From NCBI RefSeq assembly GCF_964188315.1, contig NC_135668.1, positions 38,688,001 to 38,752,000 of the forward strand: a DNA stretch of 64,000 nucleotides. Direction: 5' to 3'. The position numbers and the translations under genes are program-made. This document shows, piece by piece, positions 49,108-60,920 of the stretch. The notes beneath the pieces were generated by a model. The model was not told where the DNA came from. It made no database searches and saw only the letters and a program-made list of their open reading frames with translations. Numbering within the stretch: the stretch's first letter is position 1; the number at the start of each line of letters is the position of its first letter. The DNA is from Podarcis muralis. Its lineage: Eukaryota.

Positions 49108-49243
49108 CAAGCACAGGCAAACTCGGCCCTCCAGATGTTTTGGGGCTACAACTCCCATCATCCCTAGCTAACAGGACCAGTGGTCAGGGATGGTAGGAAT
49201 TGTTGTCCCAAAACATCTGGAGGGCCGAGTTTGCCTATGCCTG
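49108..49243. mobile_element. 136-bp hAT MITE, related to 44918-45053, inverted
   Basis: TIRs CAAGCACAGGCAAACTCGGCCC / GGGCCGAGTTTGCCTATGCCTG; 8-bp TSD TTTTAAAG. Confidence 0.92.
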
Positions 49244-49426
49244 TTTTAAAGGGATTATTTCACTGTGTATTTTAAGTATGAGTTTTAATACTGCAATGTT
49301 TTTATGGATATTTTTTCTTATGCATTAATTATGGATGCTTATATTTTAATATTTACATTAAGAGGCTTTTACATTTCATAAACTGCTCAGAAGCCTATTT
49401 TGGCCTTAAGCAGAATGTGCATTAAT

Positions 49427-49430
<4 letters not shown>

Positions 49431-49471
<41 letters not shown>
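49431..49471. repeat. (AAT)n microsatellite
   Basis: About 13 units. Confidence 0.95.
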
Positions 49472-49472
<1 letters not shown>

Positions 49473-49981
49473 GCCTAATAACACTCCATGGAAGTGGCTT
49501 GCTTACTTGGCTCACTGGCTACTGTTATGAAAACCCCATTTAGATCAATGCAAAACAAGTGTACCTAATGCCAAAGGGCATACCCAGGCAATTTGATGGC
49601 TGAACCATACTGTTCCTGGCAGAGATGATATTTTTTACTGTTTTTAGAAGCTTTTACAATGCTTTTTTTGTGTGTTTTGTAGACTTGTGATAACTGGACC
49701 TAGGAAAAACCGGAAGAATGAAAGTGAAAGATATAGCTTGAGCCAGGACAGCATGCTTGCTGGTTAGTATCTGAGCTGTGGGCTAGCTGTGAGGAATTCC
49801 CTGCTGAGTTTAAAAAGTCACTCCTCCCAGAGCTGAATAGAGGCAGGCAGCCAGTCAGGCTCCACCTGTCAACAGCAGAAAAGGTTTGCAAGGAGCCCAC
49901 AGTCCATTGTCCCTGCTTCCCTCCTCCCTATTCCGCCTTCTAAATCTAAACTATGCCATAATCTCCTAGTATCAAGCATAG

Positions 49982-50031
49982 GTATATGTATGTATGTGTG
50001 TATGTGTGTATGTATGTATGTATGTATGTAT
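49982..50031. repeat. Imperfect (TATG)n/(TG)n microsatellite
   Basis: Directly visible. Confidence 0.85.
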
Positions 50032-50974
50032 GCACACACCCCTGTCTATTAATCTCAGCACTGCTTCAAGGTTTCCCCAGACCTGGGGTCAAGCTAATCA
50101 TAGAAGTACAGGAGCAGTTTCACACATGAATGCAATCACTTGATGCCTTATAACTTGATGACTCACCACAAAAACATTAAACATTGAAAAACTCCCTTAT
50201 ACAGGGCTGCCTTCAGATGTCTTCTAAAGGTTGTATAACTTACATTTTTATGGTTGCCATATATTGAACAGCAAAAAACGAGGATGCTATGACGGCTCAT
50301 TTTAAATACCCCTACTAAATGTAGGCTATAGAAGCTGTAATATATTGCTCAGGAGGGCAGGAAAAGAGGAAAGCTAGTCATCAACCACTAGTTATGACTA
50401 TTTCTCATTCAGAAAGGATAGCAAGAGACCAGCCCTGTCTTTAGCATATGTGCTGCCAGGGGCCAAAGATCCGCCCAGCACCCCCAAATTTAGTTTAGCC
50501 CCCAAATTAACTTTTATTATGCTTATGTCAGACACCACGCTTACGCCTTATCTCTTGTTGTGAATGACAAGCGCCGCCGTTGTGAATGACAAGTCTTTGG
50601 TGAATGAGCTCACAAAGTCTAAAGTCCTTTAGTGAAACAGTAGGTATACATTTGGGTAATACCTAGGTATATATGTATTTTGTTTTTCTAGCTTGATCAA
50701 AATTATTTATTATTTCATAACAGGTAGATAGTTAAGAGCTTCAGTGGCGGGTGCCTGGCGCCCCCCAGAATTTGGCGCCCGCGTGCCTTGCACCCCTGGG
50801 TAAAGATGGCCCTGCAAGAGATTTGTGGGCAAATTTTTCAAAATCCACCTGGACAGAAATTTTACCCCTGAAAAAGAGGACACATGGCAACCCTATGGAC
50901 ATATCTCCGTGGCTCAGAGGTTGCATAACTCCATACCCCCCAACATTTCACTGATGAAAATAGGGACATTCTAC

Positions 50975-51666
50975 CATACCCTCCAACATTTTTCCAAAGT
51001 CCTGAACCCCTGGCCTATCTGGCAGCAAGTCAGTACATCAAATCTCCAGTCCAGGGTCAATCCACATGCCCAAAGTCCAAACCAAAGCACAGTCCCACAG
51101 AAATCCTGAAGCATCCAAGCTGAAATCCATCAGCATGGGCAGTTGAACAGAACCAGCACCTCAGCTCTGCTGCCCTTTTCTTCTTTGCATGCTGATTTCA
51201 GCACCTGGGCTTGATGAGGCGTGTGACCCTCACCTGTTCCAAGCCTATTCCAGCTGAGGAATCACACCCCTCCTCCCAGAGCTAGCTAGTGAGCTGGGTT
51301 GTGGGCTCTTGCTCTCCTCTGCCTTCTGTAGTGTCCTGCCCGCTGCCTCAAAGCCCACTGTGTTCGTGGAGACAAGGGCTCCTCTGGCTCTGGTGATGGG
51401 TCCTGCTGCTCTGGTTCCTGTGCACTGGCCCCCATTCCCTTGTCATCCTCTGTCACCCTGTGAGTATTTCCTTCTCCATCCCCTGTTTTCCCTAGTGTGT
51501 CCCAGCTACACCCCTTGCCCCGGGACCCTCTTTTTCCTCCCCTTTGTCCTGCCACTCATGACATCCAATGAAAATAGGGACGTCCTAAGGAAAAGCGGGA
51601 CATTCTAGGATCAAGTCAGAAACCGGAATGGCTGTCCCTGGAATATAGGGGCACTTGGAGGGTCTG
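50975..51666. mobile_element. hAT-like MITE split by a solo LTR
   Basis: Left end CATACCCTCCAA, right end TTGGAGGGTCTG; the motif CAACATTT.TCCAATGAAAATAGGGAC, intact at 50941-50967 and in reverse at about 59430-59465, is split at TCCAA. Confidence 0.7.
50998..51563 (-). mobile_element. Solo LTR (566 bp) of an LTR retrotransposon
   Basis: Minus strand starts TGTCATGAG at 51563 and ends ...CAGGACT (CA changed to CT); 5-bp TSD TCCAA at 50993-50997 and 51564-51568. Confidence 0.75.
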
Positions 51667-52214
51667 AGATAGTCATGGTCGCTGTAATATGAAGCAGTGA
51701 ATCCCATGAATTTGCTCTTTGGATTTGGTGATGACCATTAACTTCAAAGGCTGGAGGTGACTGAGCCAAGAAGTAATAGTAGTAAAGGGGGGAAAAACAT
51801 TCCTGGTTTTAGTGGCTTGCAACACAAACAACTGATGAGGAATCACAATAATGTTTACTCATTTTATATACTGCCTTTCTACCTATGTATCCAAGGCAAT
51901 TAATGGCTTGCAATATAGTAGGCCTGCTGCAATGCTGTGTGGATATTTATAATGCACCTGCACACCAAAATATAGCAACAAACCAGATATGTGGGTGTAG
52001 TCCAAACATTCTGAAGGGTGTTCTGTCCTGTTTCAGAATGAGGTGAGTTGTGGGTGAAAACCAACATTAACTCCAAATCATAGAACATAATAAATATACA
52101 AAGCAGTGAGGGGCTTAGAGGTGATTTATAGACTGTAAAAAAACAACAACAACCCTACCATGGGCCAAGCCATCCTAAGCAAATATAATGTGAATACATA
52201 TAATCCTATGGACA

Positions 52215-52425
52215 AATATTACAATTTCAGTTCAGTTTCTCATTTTTCCCAACCTTAGATTCAGTTCTCCACATTTCTGCAGCAATTTGTAGGGTCCTTT
52301 AAAAAAAAAAAAAGATTCCCGTGAGAAGCCATCATTTTGGCGAATTGCCCTTAATGAACATTTTTGTATACACTTTTCACTGACATACACGTTTTTGCAA
52401 GGAATTTCACTTAATATAGTTGTGT
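52215..52425 (+). repeat. Unclassified interspersed repeat (related copies at about 54270-54815 minus and 60467-60920 plus)
   Basis: Shared TTCAGTTCTCCACATTTC motif and CATTTTTG/ATACAC-rich submotifs among the three loci. Confidence 0.55.
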
Positions 52426-52829
52426 ACATCTCTTGAAGACCTGCTGCTTCCCCCTGAAATTCATGGACTCCTTTCCTAGAGTAAACCTCACTCCTTGAAA
52501 GTGGGTTGAAAATAACACCAAAACCAGAGGTCTGAGGATGCTCTGCTTTGGAACAGAACCCAGAATATCCATCCTCTCTCTCAGCCCGCGGCTGTTTGTC
52601 TCCAGTGTGAAGATCACCAGTCTAAATGAAGGGATAGATGTACACAATCAGATTAGCATATGTAGTTCAGTGGTCAAGAACATATGAAGTCATAGATTCA
52701 GTTCTCAACATCTCCAGTTACAAAATATTTAGGGTATTGTGGACAGAAAAGGGCTTCCCTGATGAGTTGATGGACCACTGGAGCAGATGGACCACTGGCC
52801 TGCTTTAGTGTAAGGCAGCTTAGGGTGAA

Positions 52830-53020
52830 TTAAGAACATAGGAGGCTGCCTTCAACTGAGTCAGATCACTGTCCCATTAAGCACAGTCTTGTTTACACTG
52901 ACCAGCGGCAACTCTCCAGGGTTTCAGGCAGAGTATCTCCCAGCCTTATCTGGAGATGCCAGAGACTGAGCCTGTGGCCTTCTGCATTCAAAACAGATGT
53001 TCTTAGACATGGCACCATCC
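52830..53020 (-). mobile_element. tRNA-Ala-like-head SINE (Squam2-type), tail-to-tail with a degenerate plus-strand remnant at about 52700-52820
   Basis: GAACATAGGAGGCTGCCTT...CTCTCCAGGGTTTCAGGCAGAGT...GGAGATGCCAG is the reverse complement of the family. Confidence 0.8.
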
Positions 53021-54128
53021 ACACAATTAGAAATGGTATGTATGGGGGTTGCTGCTGTTCTGTTTTAGAATAAATAGCAAGCACAGTGAGCTTATTCTGG
53101 ATCAGAACCTTGATAAGGGTGGGGTAGGATGCCATACATCCACTGTGGTCCCAGTCATCTCCTTCTGCCCATGGCTGCTAATTGCAATTATCCTGCCACT
53201 TTGCTGGCCCCTACAAAAAGTCTCTTTCCTGCCCTGGCGGGGGGCGGGGGTGGGAGAAATCCATTTTGGACACAAACAAGGCTAATGGAAGAGCTATTTT
53301 ACAAGAGGCTGCAACATTGCTTGACCACCATCTTCTACCCGTTCCCTGGACCACCTTGATGTACTGATCAAATCACTTCATAGGCATCGGTCACAAAGGA
53401 AGCTGGGCGTTTCTCAGAATTTATCAACTCACTAAGTGGGCAACCCTGGCCCCAACTGAGTTAACATCTGGCAGAGGTATGTTGCACGTTCTCTCCAGAA
53501 AGAAGAGATTTAATGCACAGGACTGGGATTTGAGGATATCACGTACTAGAGAATCTGGCCTTCACAGGCTGGTCCCTTTGCTGGCCACGGCAAAAGTAAT
53601 TTTTACAATATTTACCTACAAGATTATCTGGTCTGAAGAGGCCTTGCTTTGGTAAAAAAAAGGTAGAACTTAATTATCAGTCTACTGTTAGTTGAGAAGG
53701 ATTGTCCCTAAAAAGCAGAGATATCTCAGCAGGCTTCATTAGCATCCCACAGAAAGCTGTTGGTGGTCTCAGATCATTGATCTTTCCATTCGCTGACTGT
53801 GGTTCCTTTTCCAAAGCAGGAAGCTGTTGTCTTGGGTGCTGTGGACATGTTGTGATTCAAACTTCCATCTCCAAGGCAAGGCAAGCAGTCCATAGGATTT
53901 TTCAAAAAATTAAAATGGTGCTACTGCTGTGTTGTTAACTGGACTTGGGTGTCCAAAGCATATTCTTCCTGACACATATCTTGTGTGATTGTTACCTTGC
54001 TTTCTGCTATGTACAGGATACACTCAAACATACATTCAGCAACCCTCCTGCTCGCCTCCATTTTGAACAGGGATGGGGAATCGATGGTCCTTCCAGTATT
54101 CCTAGACTACAACTCCCATTATCCCAAA

Positions 54129-54255
54129 CAGGGGTGCCAACTTGAATAAAATATTGGGGACAGGTAAGCCCTGCCCAGCATAATCAATCACAAGACACAG
54201 TGCAAACACACTGTTTGAATGGCAGTGCCTATCAACTTTGAGGAGACTCAGCCTG
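54129..54255 (+). mobile_element. Partial copy of the hAT-like family at 62006-62189
   Basis: CAGGGGTGCCAACTTGAAT...GGTAAGCCC.GCCC...TTTGAATGGCA.TGCC shared with the 62006 copy. Confidence 0.6.
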
Positions 54256-54269
54256 AACCACAGCTATCC

Positions 54270-54815
54270 TTCAAAATTTGCACCTCTCCCAATTTTACAA
54301 TGCCATTTAATGTGTGCAAAAATGAACGTGCTGTGGTAAAGTGTGTATAACAATGCATATATTCATGAAAATAACATAACAGAAATGAATTATATTAGAA
54401 AAAAATCACTTTATTTAATTGAGTTATGCCACCTTTTTCTCAAGGTACCTAAGTCAGTTAAGAATTTTTAAAACAGGCACTTTATATAAATGTTGAGGGA
54501 CAAGAGTCCTCTCATGCCAACTGGGCACTGACAGTGTGTATGTGTTCCCTGACTTGGGCTCCCTTCCTTCTGCCTTCTCTTGGGGCACGCAGGGCTGCGG
54601 CAGCCCCAGGGAATAGTCGGGGAGCAGCTGCCCAAACAGTTCTCTCCGACCACTGATGGTGTGTGTGCTCTCTGGCCTGGTTTGCAAAAATTGCATTAAA
54701 ATGTGTACATTAGGGGCGAGAATGTGAGTTTTCATGCAGACTAATGTGGAAAAATGAACTGAAGACTGGAAAAACGAGAAGGATGCTGAAATGGACAGAT
54801 TCACTCCAACCCTAG
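54270..54815 (-). repeat. Unclassified interspersed repeat with internal insertions
   Basis: Reverse complement of the 52215/60467 family (GTGGAAAAATGAACTGAAG...CCAACCCT); contains an L2-like tail and a GC-rich block. Confidence 0.5.
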
Positions 54816-55191
54816 CCATGGGCCATGCCACATTGCTGGCCCTGTGGCAACTGCCCGAGGGTGTTGTGCACTGATGCTAGGCCTGTGTGCTTATATGAGT
54901 GGATGAGGAATCAGTGGATCCAATCAGCCCAACTTGCATTGGGTGGTCAGTCCAGATGTAGTCAGCCACCCCAAACAAAGCTGACAGACAGGCTATTTCA
55001 GAATGAGATTCCCACACTGCTTTACACCATTTCCCACATAGTGCTTGGAGACTAAGTCACACCTAGCGGCTGGGTAGCACAAGGGTAAAACAAGTCTGCC
55101 CAACTGGAAGGCTTGGGTACTTGTGGAAACAGAAAAGAAAAGCAGCTGTCTGTGGGAGAACTGGGTTGGTAAAGTGCAGCGGTGAACTACT

Positions 55192-55395
55192 GGGAAGGAC
55201 CATAGCTCAGTAGGTGGAGTATCTGTTTTGCATGCAGGAGGCTCCAGGATCAATCCCTGGCATTTCCAGGCAGGGCTGGGACAGAATATTTATCTTAAAC
55301 CCTGGGCAGCTTCTGCCAGTCAGTGTAGACAGTACTGCGCTACATGGGCACCATGGTCTGTCTTGGTGTAAGGCAGCCTTCTGTGTTGTTCCTAT
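55192..55395 (+). mobile_element. tRNA-Ala-like-head SINE (Squam2-type), full length
   Basis: CCATAGCTCAG..GG..GAG.ATCTG.TTTGCATGCAG head with A/B-box remnants; tail GTAAGGCAGCCTTCTGTG..TTCCTA. Confidence 0.85.
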
Positions 55396-55639
55396 ACAAA
55401 ATAAAAATAAAGGAAAGTGTTTAACGTCATGTATGGTTGACTCACATTCAGCAAGTGATCTTCTTCACCTTTTTAGCTGACTGGGCTGCCCCTTCTGTGC
55501 CTGAGGAACCCTGCACCATTCTTCTGGAAAGTAACTGAATCATTCTGTCACACAAGTACAAATAGATTTTATTTTTATTTCATAAAATGTCATAAAATTT
55601 ATGTCCCATGATTGTTAAAAAAAAAAACAAAGCTCCAAG

Positions 55640-56130
55640 TGATTTATGAAAAGAATAGTTGGAACAACTATTAAATAGTTGAAACAACTACTATTTAAAA
55701 TATTTAAACATAATTAAAAAGAACAATAAACTACAAAACAGATTAAAGCACATGTCAACATTTTACATGTCTGGATCGGCATGCCTAAAGAAATTTGCTT
55801 TTAGCAGGCACCAAAAAGAATATGGAGAAGGCGCCCACCTGATGTCCAGTGGCAAGGAGTTCCAAAGTGGGGGTGTTGCCACGCCAAAATATTGATTTCT
55901 TAAAAAGGTAGAATGAGAATTATATGGCACTTGTAACTGTGCAGATCAAAGTGATCTAGTGGGCATATATGGGGTAAGGTGATCTTGCTGGTCCCAAACT
56001 GTTAAGGGATATGATAACATACGCCCAGTGACAGAAGGGTCACTGGAAGGAGTCAAGGGCAGACCTATGATCCGCTGGACAGTTCCCTCTTGGGTGGAGA
56101 ATCTGAGCTTGCAAGAGCTTTTAATGATTG
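55640..56130 (-). mobile_element. L2 3' fragment
   Basis: AT-rich tail plus GGCAAGGAGTTCCAAAGTGGGGGTG..GCCAC (reverse of the L2 VAAPTLWNSL region). Confidence 0.7.
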
Positions 56131-56291
56131 GATACATCTACTTCTCCCAGCACACTATAATGAATAAGTGATGGAGGAACCTGTGAACCTCCAGATGTTG
56201 TTGGAGATTCCTCATTGGCCAGGCTAGTTGCAGCTGTTGGGAGTTGAAGGGGATTGGGGATGCTGGGGAAGTTGATTGGGGATGCTGAGAA

Positions 56292-56374
56292 GGCAACAGA
56301 TCCGACCTCCAAGGAGCATGTCACCACGGTGGCAGCGGCAGGTGATGCATTCCTTGGAGGCCGGATCTGCTGCC
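56292..56374. repeat. 83-bp inverted repeat (hairpin)
   Basis: 34-bp arms (56292-56325, 56341-56374), 27/34 identical, all 7 differences are transitions; 15-nt loop. Confidence 0.9.
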
Positions 56375-57055
56375 CCTGTAGATCCTGTTACCTGAGGCAG
56401 TCGCCTCACCTTGTTTCATGGGTGGGCCAGCCCGGAAGCCTGAAAGCAGGATCTGAGCACGACAGCATTCTCCTCTCCTGCAGTCTCTAGCTACTGGCAT
56501 TCAGAGGCAAGGTGCCTCTGACAGTGGAGATAGAACATCAGTTGTGGCTAGCAGACGTTGATGAATCTGTCTAGCTCTCTGGATGCTTTAGGCTGGGCCT
56601 TAAATTCAGAGATACGCTCCAAAATTGCATCTCAACTATTTATAACAGGAGCTTTTCAAAGGCTGCAAAAGGAGAGAAAATTTAATTGTCAGCTGTGCTT
56701 GGAAATGCAGCGTTTGGGGGGTTGGAATTTTGTGGTGGTGAAGTGGAGAGAAACACATTTGTGAGTGCATAAATTTATGCAACGAGGGCTGTCTATTTGT
56801 TTTTGCAGAACCCAGCCACATTAGAAAAGCAGATGTGCAAGATGTGTGAGTCCCTATGCCGGCCTCTCTTTGTTAATTAAAGTGCAAACTGTTACTCCTC
56901 CTAAATCAATAGCTACCATAAGATGAAAAAAGTCAACTCAAAGGAAAACCACCCAGCAGCCTTCCTGCCTGGGGTGTCTCAGCTATAGATAAGTATTTTG
57001 AGGCTGAGGCTTTGGTTCCTTTAGGAATCAGCCTTGAAGCAAAGCTCCTATACTA

Positions 57056-57243
57056 GGAAAGGGTCATGGCTCAGTGGCAGTACACCTGGCTTGCATGCAG
57101 AAGGGCCTGGATTCAATCCATGGCATCTCCAGATAGGGCAGGAGAAAGACTCCTGCCTGATGAACCACTGCCAGTGAATGGGGACAGTGCTAAAGCTGGA
57201 TAGGCTAATGGTCTGACTCTGTATGAGGCAGCTCCCATGTACT
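57056..57243 (+). mobile_element. tRNA-Ala-like-head SINE (Squam2-type)
   Basis: CATGGCTCAGTGGCAG...TTGCATGCAGAAGG...GGTCTGACTCTGTATGAGGCAGCTCCCATGT. Confidence 0.85.
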
Positions 57244-57461
57244 GCATGGCAAGGTATCACTAGCACCACACATCAGAATGAGCAGGAGCATCCCCAGAAC
57301 ACTGCGAGGTTGGCCAAACACTTTCTGAAGTCAGTGAAGTAAAACATATTGCCATCTAAAGAGGGAGCGGAGGCTTTAAGATTATTGAGCCCAGAATCTA
57401 AAATTACCCTAATTGTGCCACCAGATGCAATGTTATTTAAATGTTATTTATATATTTAGGA

Positions 57462-57797
57462 GGGATGCGGGTGGCGCTGTGGGTTAAACCACAGAGCCTA
57501 GGACTTGCCAATCAGAAGGTTGGCAGTTCGAATCCCCACGACTGGGTGAGTTCCCATTGCTCGGTCCCTGCTCCTGCCAACCTAGCAGTTCGAAAGCACG
57601 TCAAAGTGCAAGTAGATAAATAGGTACCACTCCAGCGGGAAGGTAAATGGCGTTTCCATTTGCCAGAAGCGGCTTAGTCATGCTGGCCACACAACCCGGA
57701 AGCTGTACGCCGGCTCCTTCGGCCAATAAAGCGAGATGAGCGCCACAACCCCAGAGTCGGCCACGACTGGACCTAATGGTCAGGGGTCCCTTTACCT
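57462..57797 (+). mobile_element. Sauria SINE, near full length
   Basis: Canonical head and CAGGGGTCCCTTTACCTT tail; 15-bp TSD TTTATATATTTAGGA at 57447-57461 and 57798-57812. Confidence 0.96.
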
Positions 57798-57859
57798 TTT
57801 ATATATTTAGGATTGTTCTTCTTCCAAGGAAGCTCAGGATGGTGCAAAAGTGCAATTGT

Positions 57860-58040
57860 AGATAGAAATATTAACTAGTTTCAAAAAAACAAATGCAAAT
57901 ATTGCTGCTGAGGATTAAAAACCCCAGAATCAAGCCACAAAAACCAGGGGAAATAAAAATGTCTTCGGTTGATGTCTGAAGACCAACAATGAAAACAGCA
58001 GATGTATGTCTAGGGAAGGATAGTTCCAGAGTCAGGCGCA
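57860..58040 (-). mobile_element. L2 3' end fragment
   Basis: AAAAATGTCTTCGGTTGATGTCTGAAG...AGTTCCAGAGTCAGGCGCACAACAGAGAAGGCC in reverse matches the L2 terminus. Confidence 0.65.
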
Positions 58041-58206
58041 CAACAGAGAAGGCCATTTTATGTGTTCCGTCCCCATAAACCCCAATGGGGACTGCCAGCA
58101 GAGCTCACACACCAGCACCAATCACCCTGCTGAACTTATGCACCAAGTAGTAGTAGTGGACGAGGTGCTTTTGCAGATATTTGGGCCCCCAGCCATTTAG
58201 AGAAAG

Positions 58207-58441
58207 AGTGGGGAATCTTTACCAGCCTGAGAGTCACATCTCCTTCTGGGCAACTTTCGGAGGGGGACACATGCCAGTAGCATTCTCAGAGTTCAAGGGC
58301 ACATTCCAGCCAGGCAAACATATTTGGGGGACAAAGCAAGGCCAGGGAGGGGGGTGCAGGCCAGGGAACAGTCCCAAGGGCCAGATAGAGAGACCTGGAG
58401 GGATGGATTTGGACCTTCAACCTGAGGTTCCCCAAATCCTG
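58207..58441. mobile_element. hAT-type MITE (diverged)
   Basis: Ends GAGTGGGGAATCTT and TGAGGTTCCCCAAATCCTG; TTTAG on both flanks. Confidence 0.6.
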
Positions 58442-58885
58442 GTTTAGGGCTTTGTGAAGCAGTACAGATACCGGTAGCAGCCATTAGGACCAGAGTTGCC
58501 CTCCAAGGATGCTCAGGAAAGGGGCCAGTGAGATCGCAACACCAGCCTTAACAAAACCCAGTGTGTCCATTTATCGCATACTCTGATGTTATTGGCTGGC
58601 TCCCATTATCCACACTCAATTGCATCTACACCTTCTGAAACAAAACAACAAAAAGACCCAGCCACCCACATCCATGTTGTCTCTGGAGCTGGTACTGAGT
58701 GAAGGGGGGAGGCATTTGGCACAAACACTTGGCTTCTTCCCTTGTATTTCCCGGCTGCCCTCCCAGTCCCCCTCCCTCCTCCATCCTGGTGCCTTTTTAA
58801 ACTCCAGGCTCCAGAACCATTGTTCTTTCTCCAAGGCGCTGATATCACTTTGATGATGATCACTGGCAGAGTTTCAAATCGATGT

Positions 58886-58888
<3 letters not shown>

Positions 58889-58934
<46 letters not shown>
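58889..58934. repeat. (AT)n microsatellite
   Basis: About 23 units. Confidence 0.97.
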
Positions 58935-58937
<3 letters not shown>

Positions 58938-60466
58938 AAGAGTTGCCATAACGTAATGCAGATTTTTGTCACGGCTCCATGGCTTCTGCTTTCAATTTAC
59001 AGTGAGAACGTAGGCTCTATGGTCTTCTTAGTCAGATGAAGAGCAACTCCCATCTTGACTCCAGTCCCTCCCTTTTCACACAAACACACACAGCCATAGA
59101 TCGGAGGAATCTGGTCCTCCCTATTGGGAGGCAAAACAAAGGAATTTGGGGGAGGAGGGGGGCAGGAAGAGGGAAAGTTGTCTGCCTCTGTAGGTCTCGC
59201 TGAGGAGCTGTGTTGTGACCTATTTTTTCCCCTCTCTCTAGGTTTTAGGCTACTGGGGAGAAATGTTGGAGGGTATAGAGTTATCCAACCCCTGAGTTGT
59301 CTGAAGGCAATCCTGTACAGGGAAATATTTTAAATGTTTAATGCTTATTATGTTTTTATATATGTTGGAAGCTGGGGCAACCCAGTAAGATGTGTGGCAT
59401 ATAAATAGTACAATTATCATTATGGAATGGGATGTCCCTATTTACATCGGAGAAATGTTGGAGGGTTAAAGGACCTGATCCATAGCCAGCTGAACAAATT
59501 CCATGGTAATTCCATAATTAATCTAGGGTAACCGCCAGAGATCCAACCACAAAAAGAAAATTAGAAAGCCCCATTGCCAATCTTAGCACCTGAGAGGGTA
59601 TTGTGGAGGAGGGGGTGGCCTTTCAGATATTTGGGCCTTAGTAGTTTAAATCTTTTTAAGAACCTTTTTTAAAAATTAACATCACGTTCACAGCATCAGT
59701 GAGAAAATATCACTCCTTCCTGTTCATCATTAGCCATCCTGCCTCCTATGAGCTACTGTTCTGTGTAGGCTGTAAGAAACCCTAGGGGGAAGTTTCCTAT
59801 TTTCCACCCCAGGCCCTTCATGTTCCAGGACTAGTCTGGGCCCTATGGCTCCCCACCTCCGCTGCATTTCTACCCCATCATCTCTCCCATTCTCCCAAGC
59901 CCCCTCCCCATAATGAGCTGTTGTCTTCTGCAGCATTCAGAACTAAGTAAGCGTGGAAAATGGCAACAATAAAGATGTAGTTCTGGGACAGCAAAGCCCC
60001 TTGTTTGACAAGGCTAATTCCACACCCACCCACCTCATTTTCTTTCAGCCATTTCCCCTCCACCCCCTTCCTCTTTATTAAATGAACTAGCTTATTTATT
60101 GCCAAGGGACGCTGGCTTCCTTTCCCTCCTCTGCTTCCACCCCTCGCCTGCACTCCCACCGCAGGTCCGCATGCCGGAGAGCTAATCTTCTCAGGCATGA
60201 AGCACCATGCCTTCCACTATGTTCCTTTCCCTTTTGGCTTTTTCTTAAAAAAAGAAGAAGAAGAAGAATTGGGGCGTGGGGGGGGGGGAGGATGGCCAAG
60301 CTGGAGCCTTAAGAATACAAGGATTTTATTGGGAATGCTGTTAAAGGATGCCAGCCCCTCTGTTTTTCTTCCCTGTTCAGTGTATATATTAGCACATGTA
60401 TTGCAAGTCAGTGCTGTGATTCAGAGGCAGTCCTCCGGTTTGAGTCTAGTGGAAGAGCTATAGGAT

Positions 60467-60920
60467 TCAACTCCTATCAAAAGAGCGACTGTGTCCAATC
60501 TTGGGCTTTCTAGGTTTCTCGTCCCCCCCCCCCAATCTTATGTTCAGTTCTCCACATTTCCACATCAGTATGTGCACTAAAAAAAGTGATCATGAAAACA
60601 TATCAGCATTTTAATGCAAATTTCTCCTAATATATACATTTTTGCCTAATATATACTTTTTTTTGCCTAATGCAATGCATTTTGTAGCTTATATTACACA
60701 CACACACACACACACACAAACACACACACCTGTATGCACACTTTATCCCAGGATATGCATTTTGTACCACATGATTTGGGTAGATAACTGTACTGCAAAA
60801 TTCAGAGGAATTCAGATTCCGCAGGATGGCTGTGTTTCAGGTTACAAACAGGTTCAAGAAGTGCAAATTAGGTAGCTTCTCATAAAAATGCAAACAAAAT
60901 CAAATTTATCCTCCAACCCT
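60467..60920 (+). repeat. Unclassified interspersed repeat containing a (CA)n tract
   Basis: Shares TTCAGTTCTCCACATTTC with 52215; ends CCTCCAACCCT as in the 54815 copy. Confidence 0.55.

Noticed and set aside
55192-55270. tRNA-Ala/Cys-like genes (also 57056 and 63240)
   Set aside because: Degenerate cloverleafs that continue into a shared SINE body and tail.
14725-57797. All five Sauria SINEs on the plus strand as a sign of selection
   Set aside because: Five of five in one orientation has a two-sided chance probability of 1/16; other SINE families occur on both strands.
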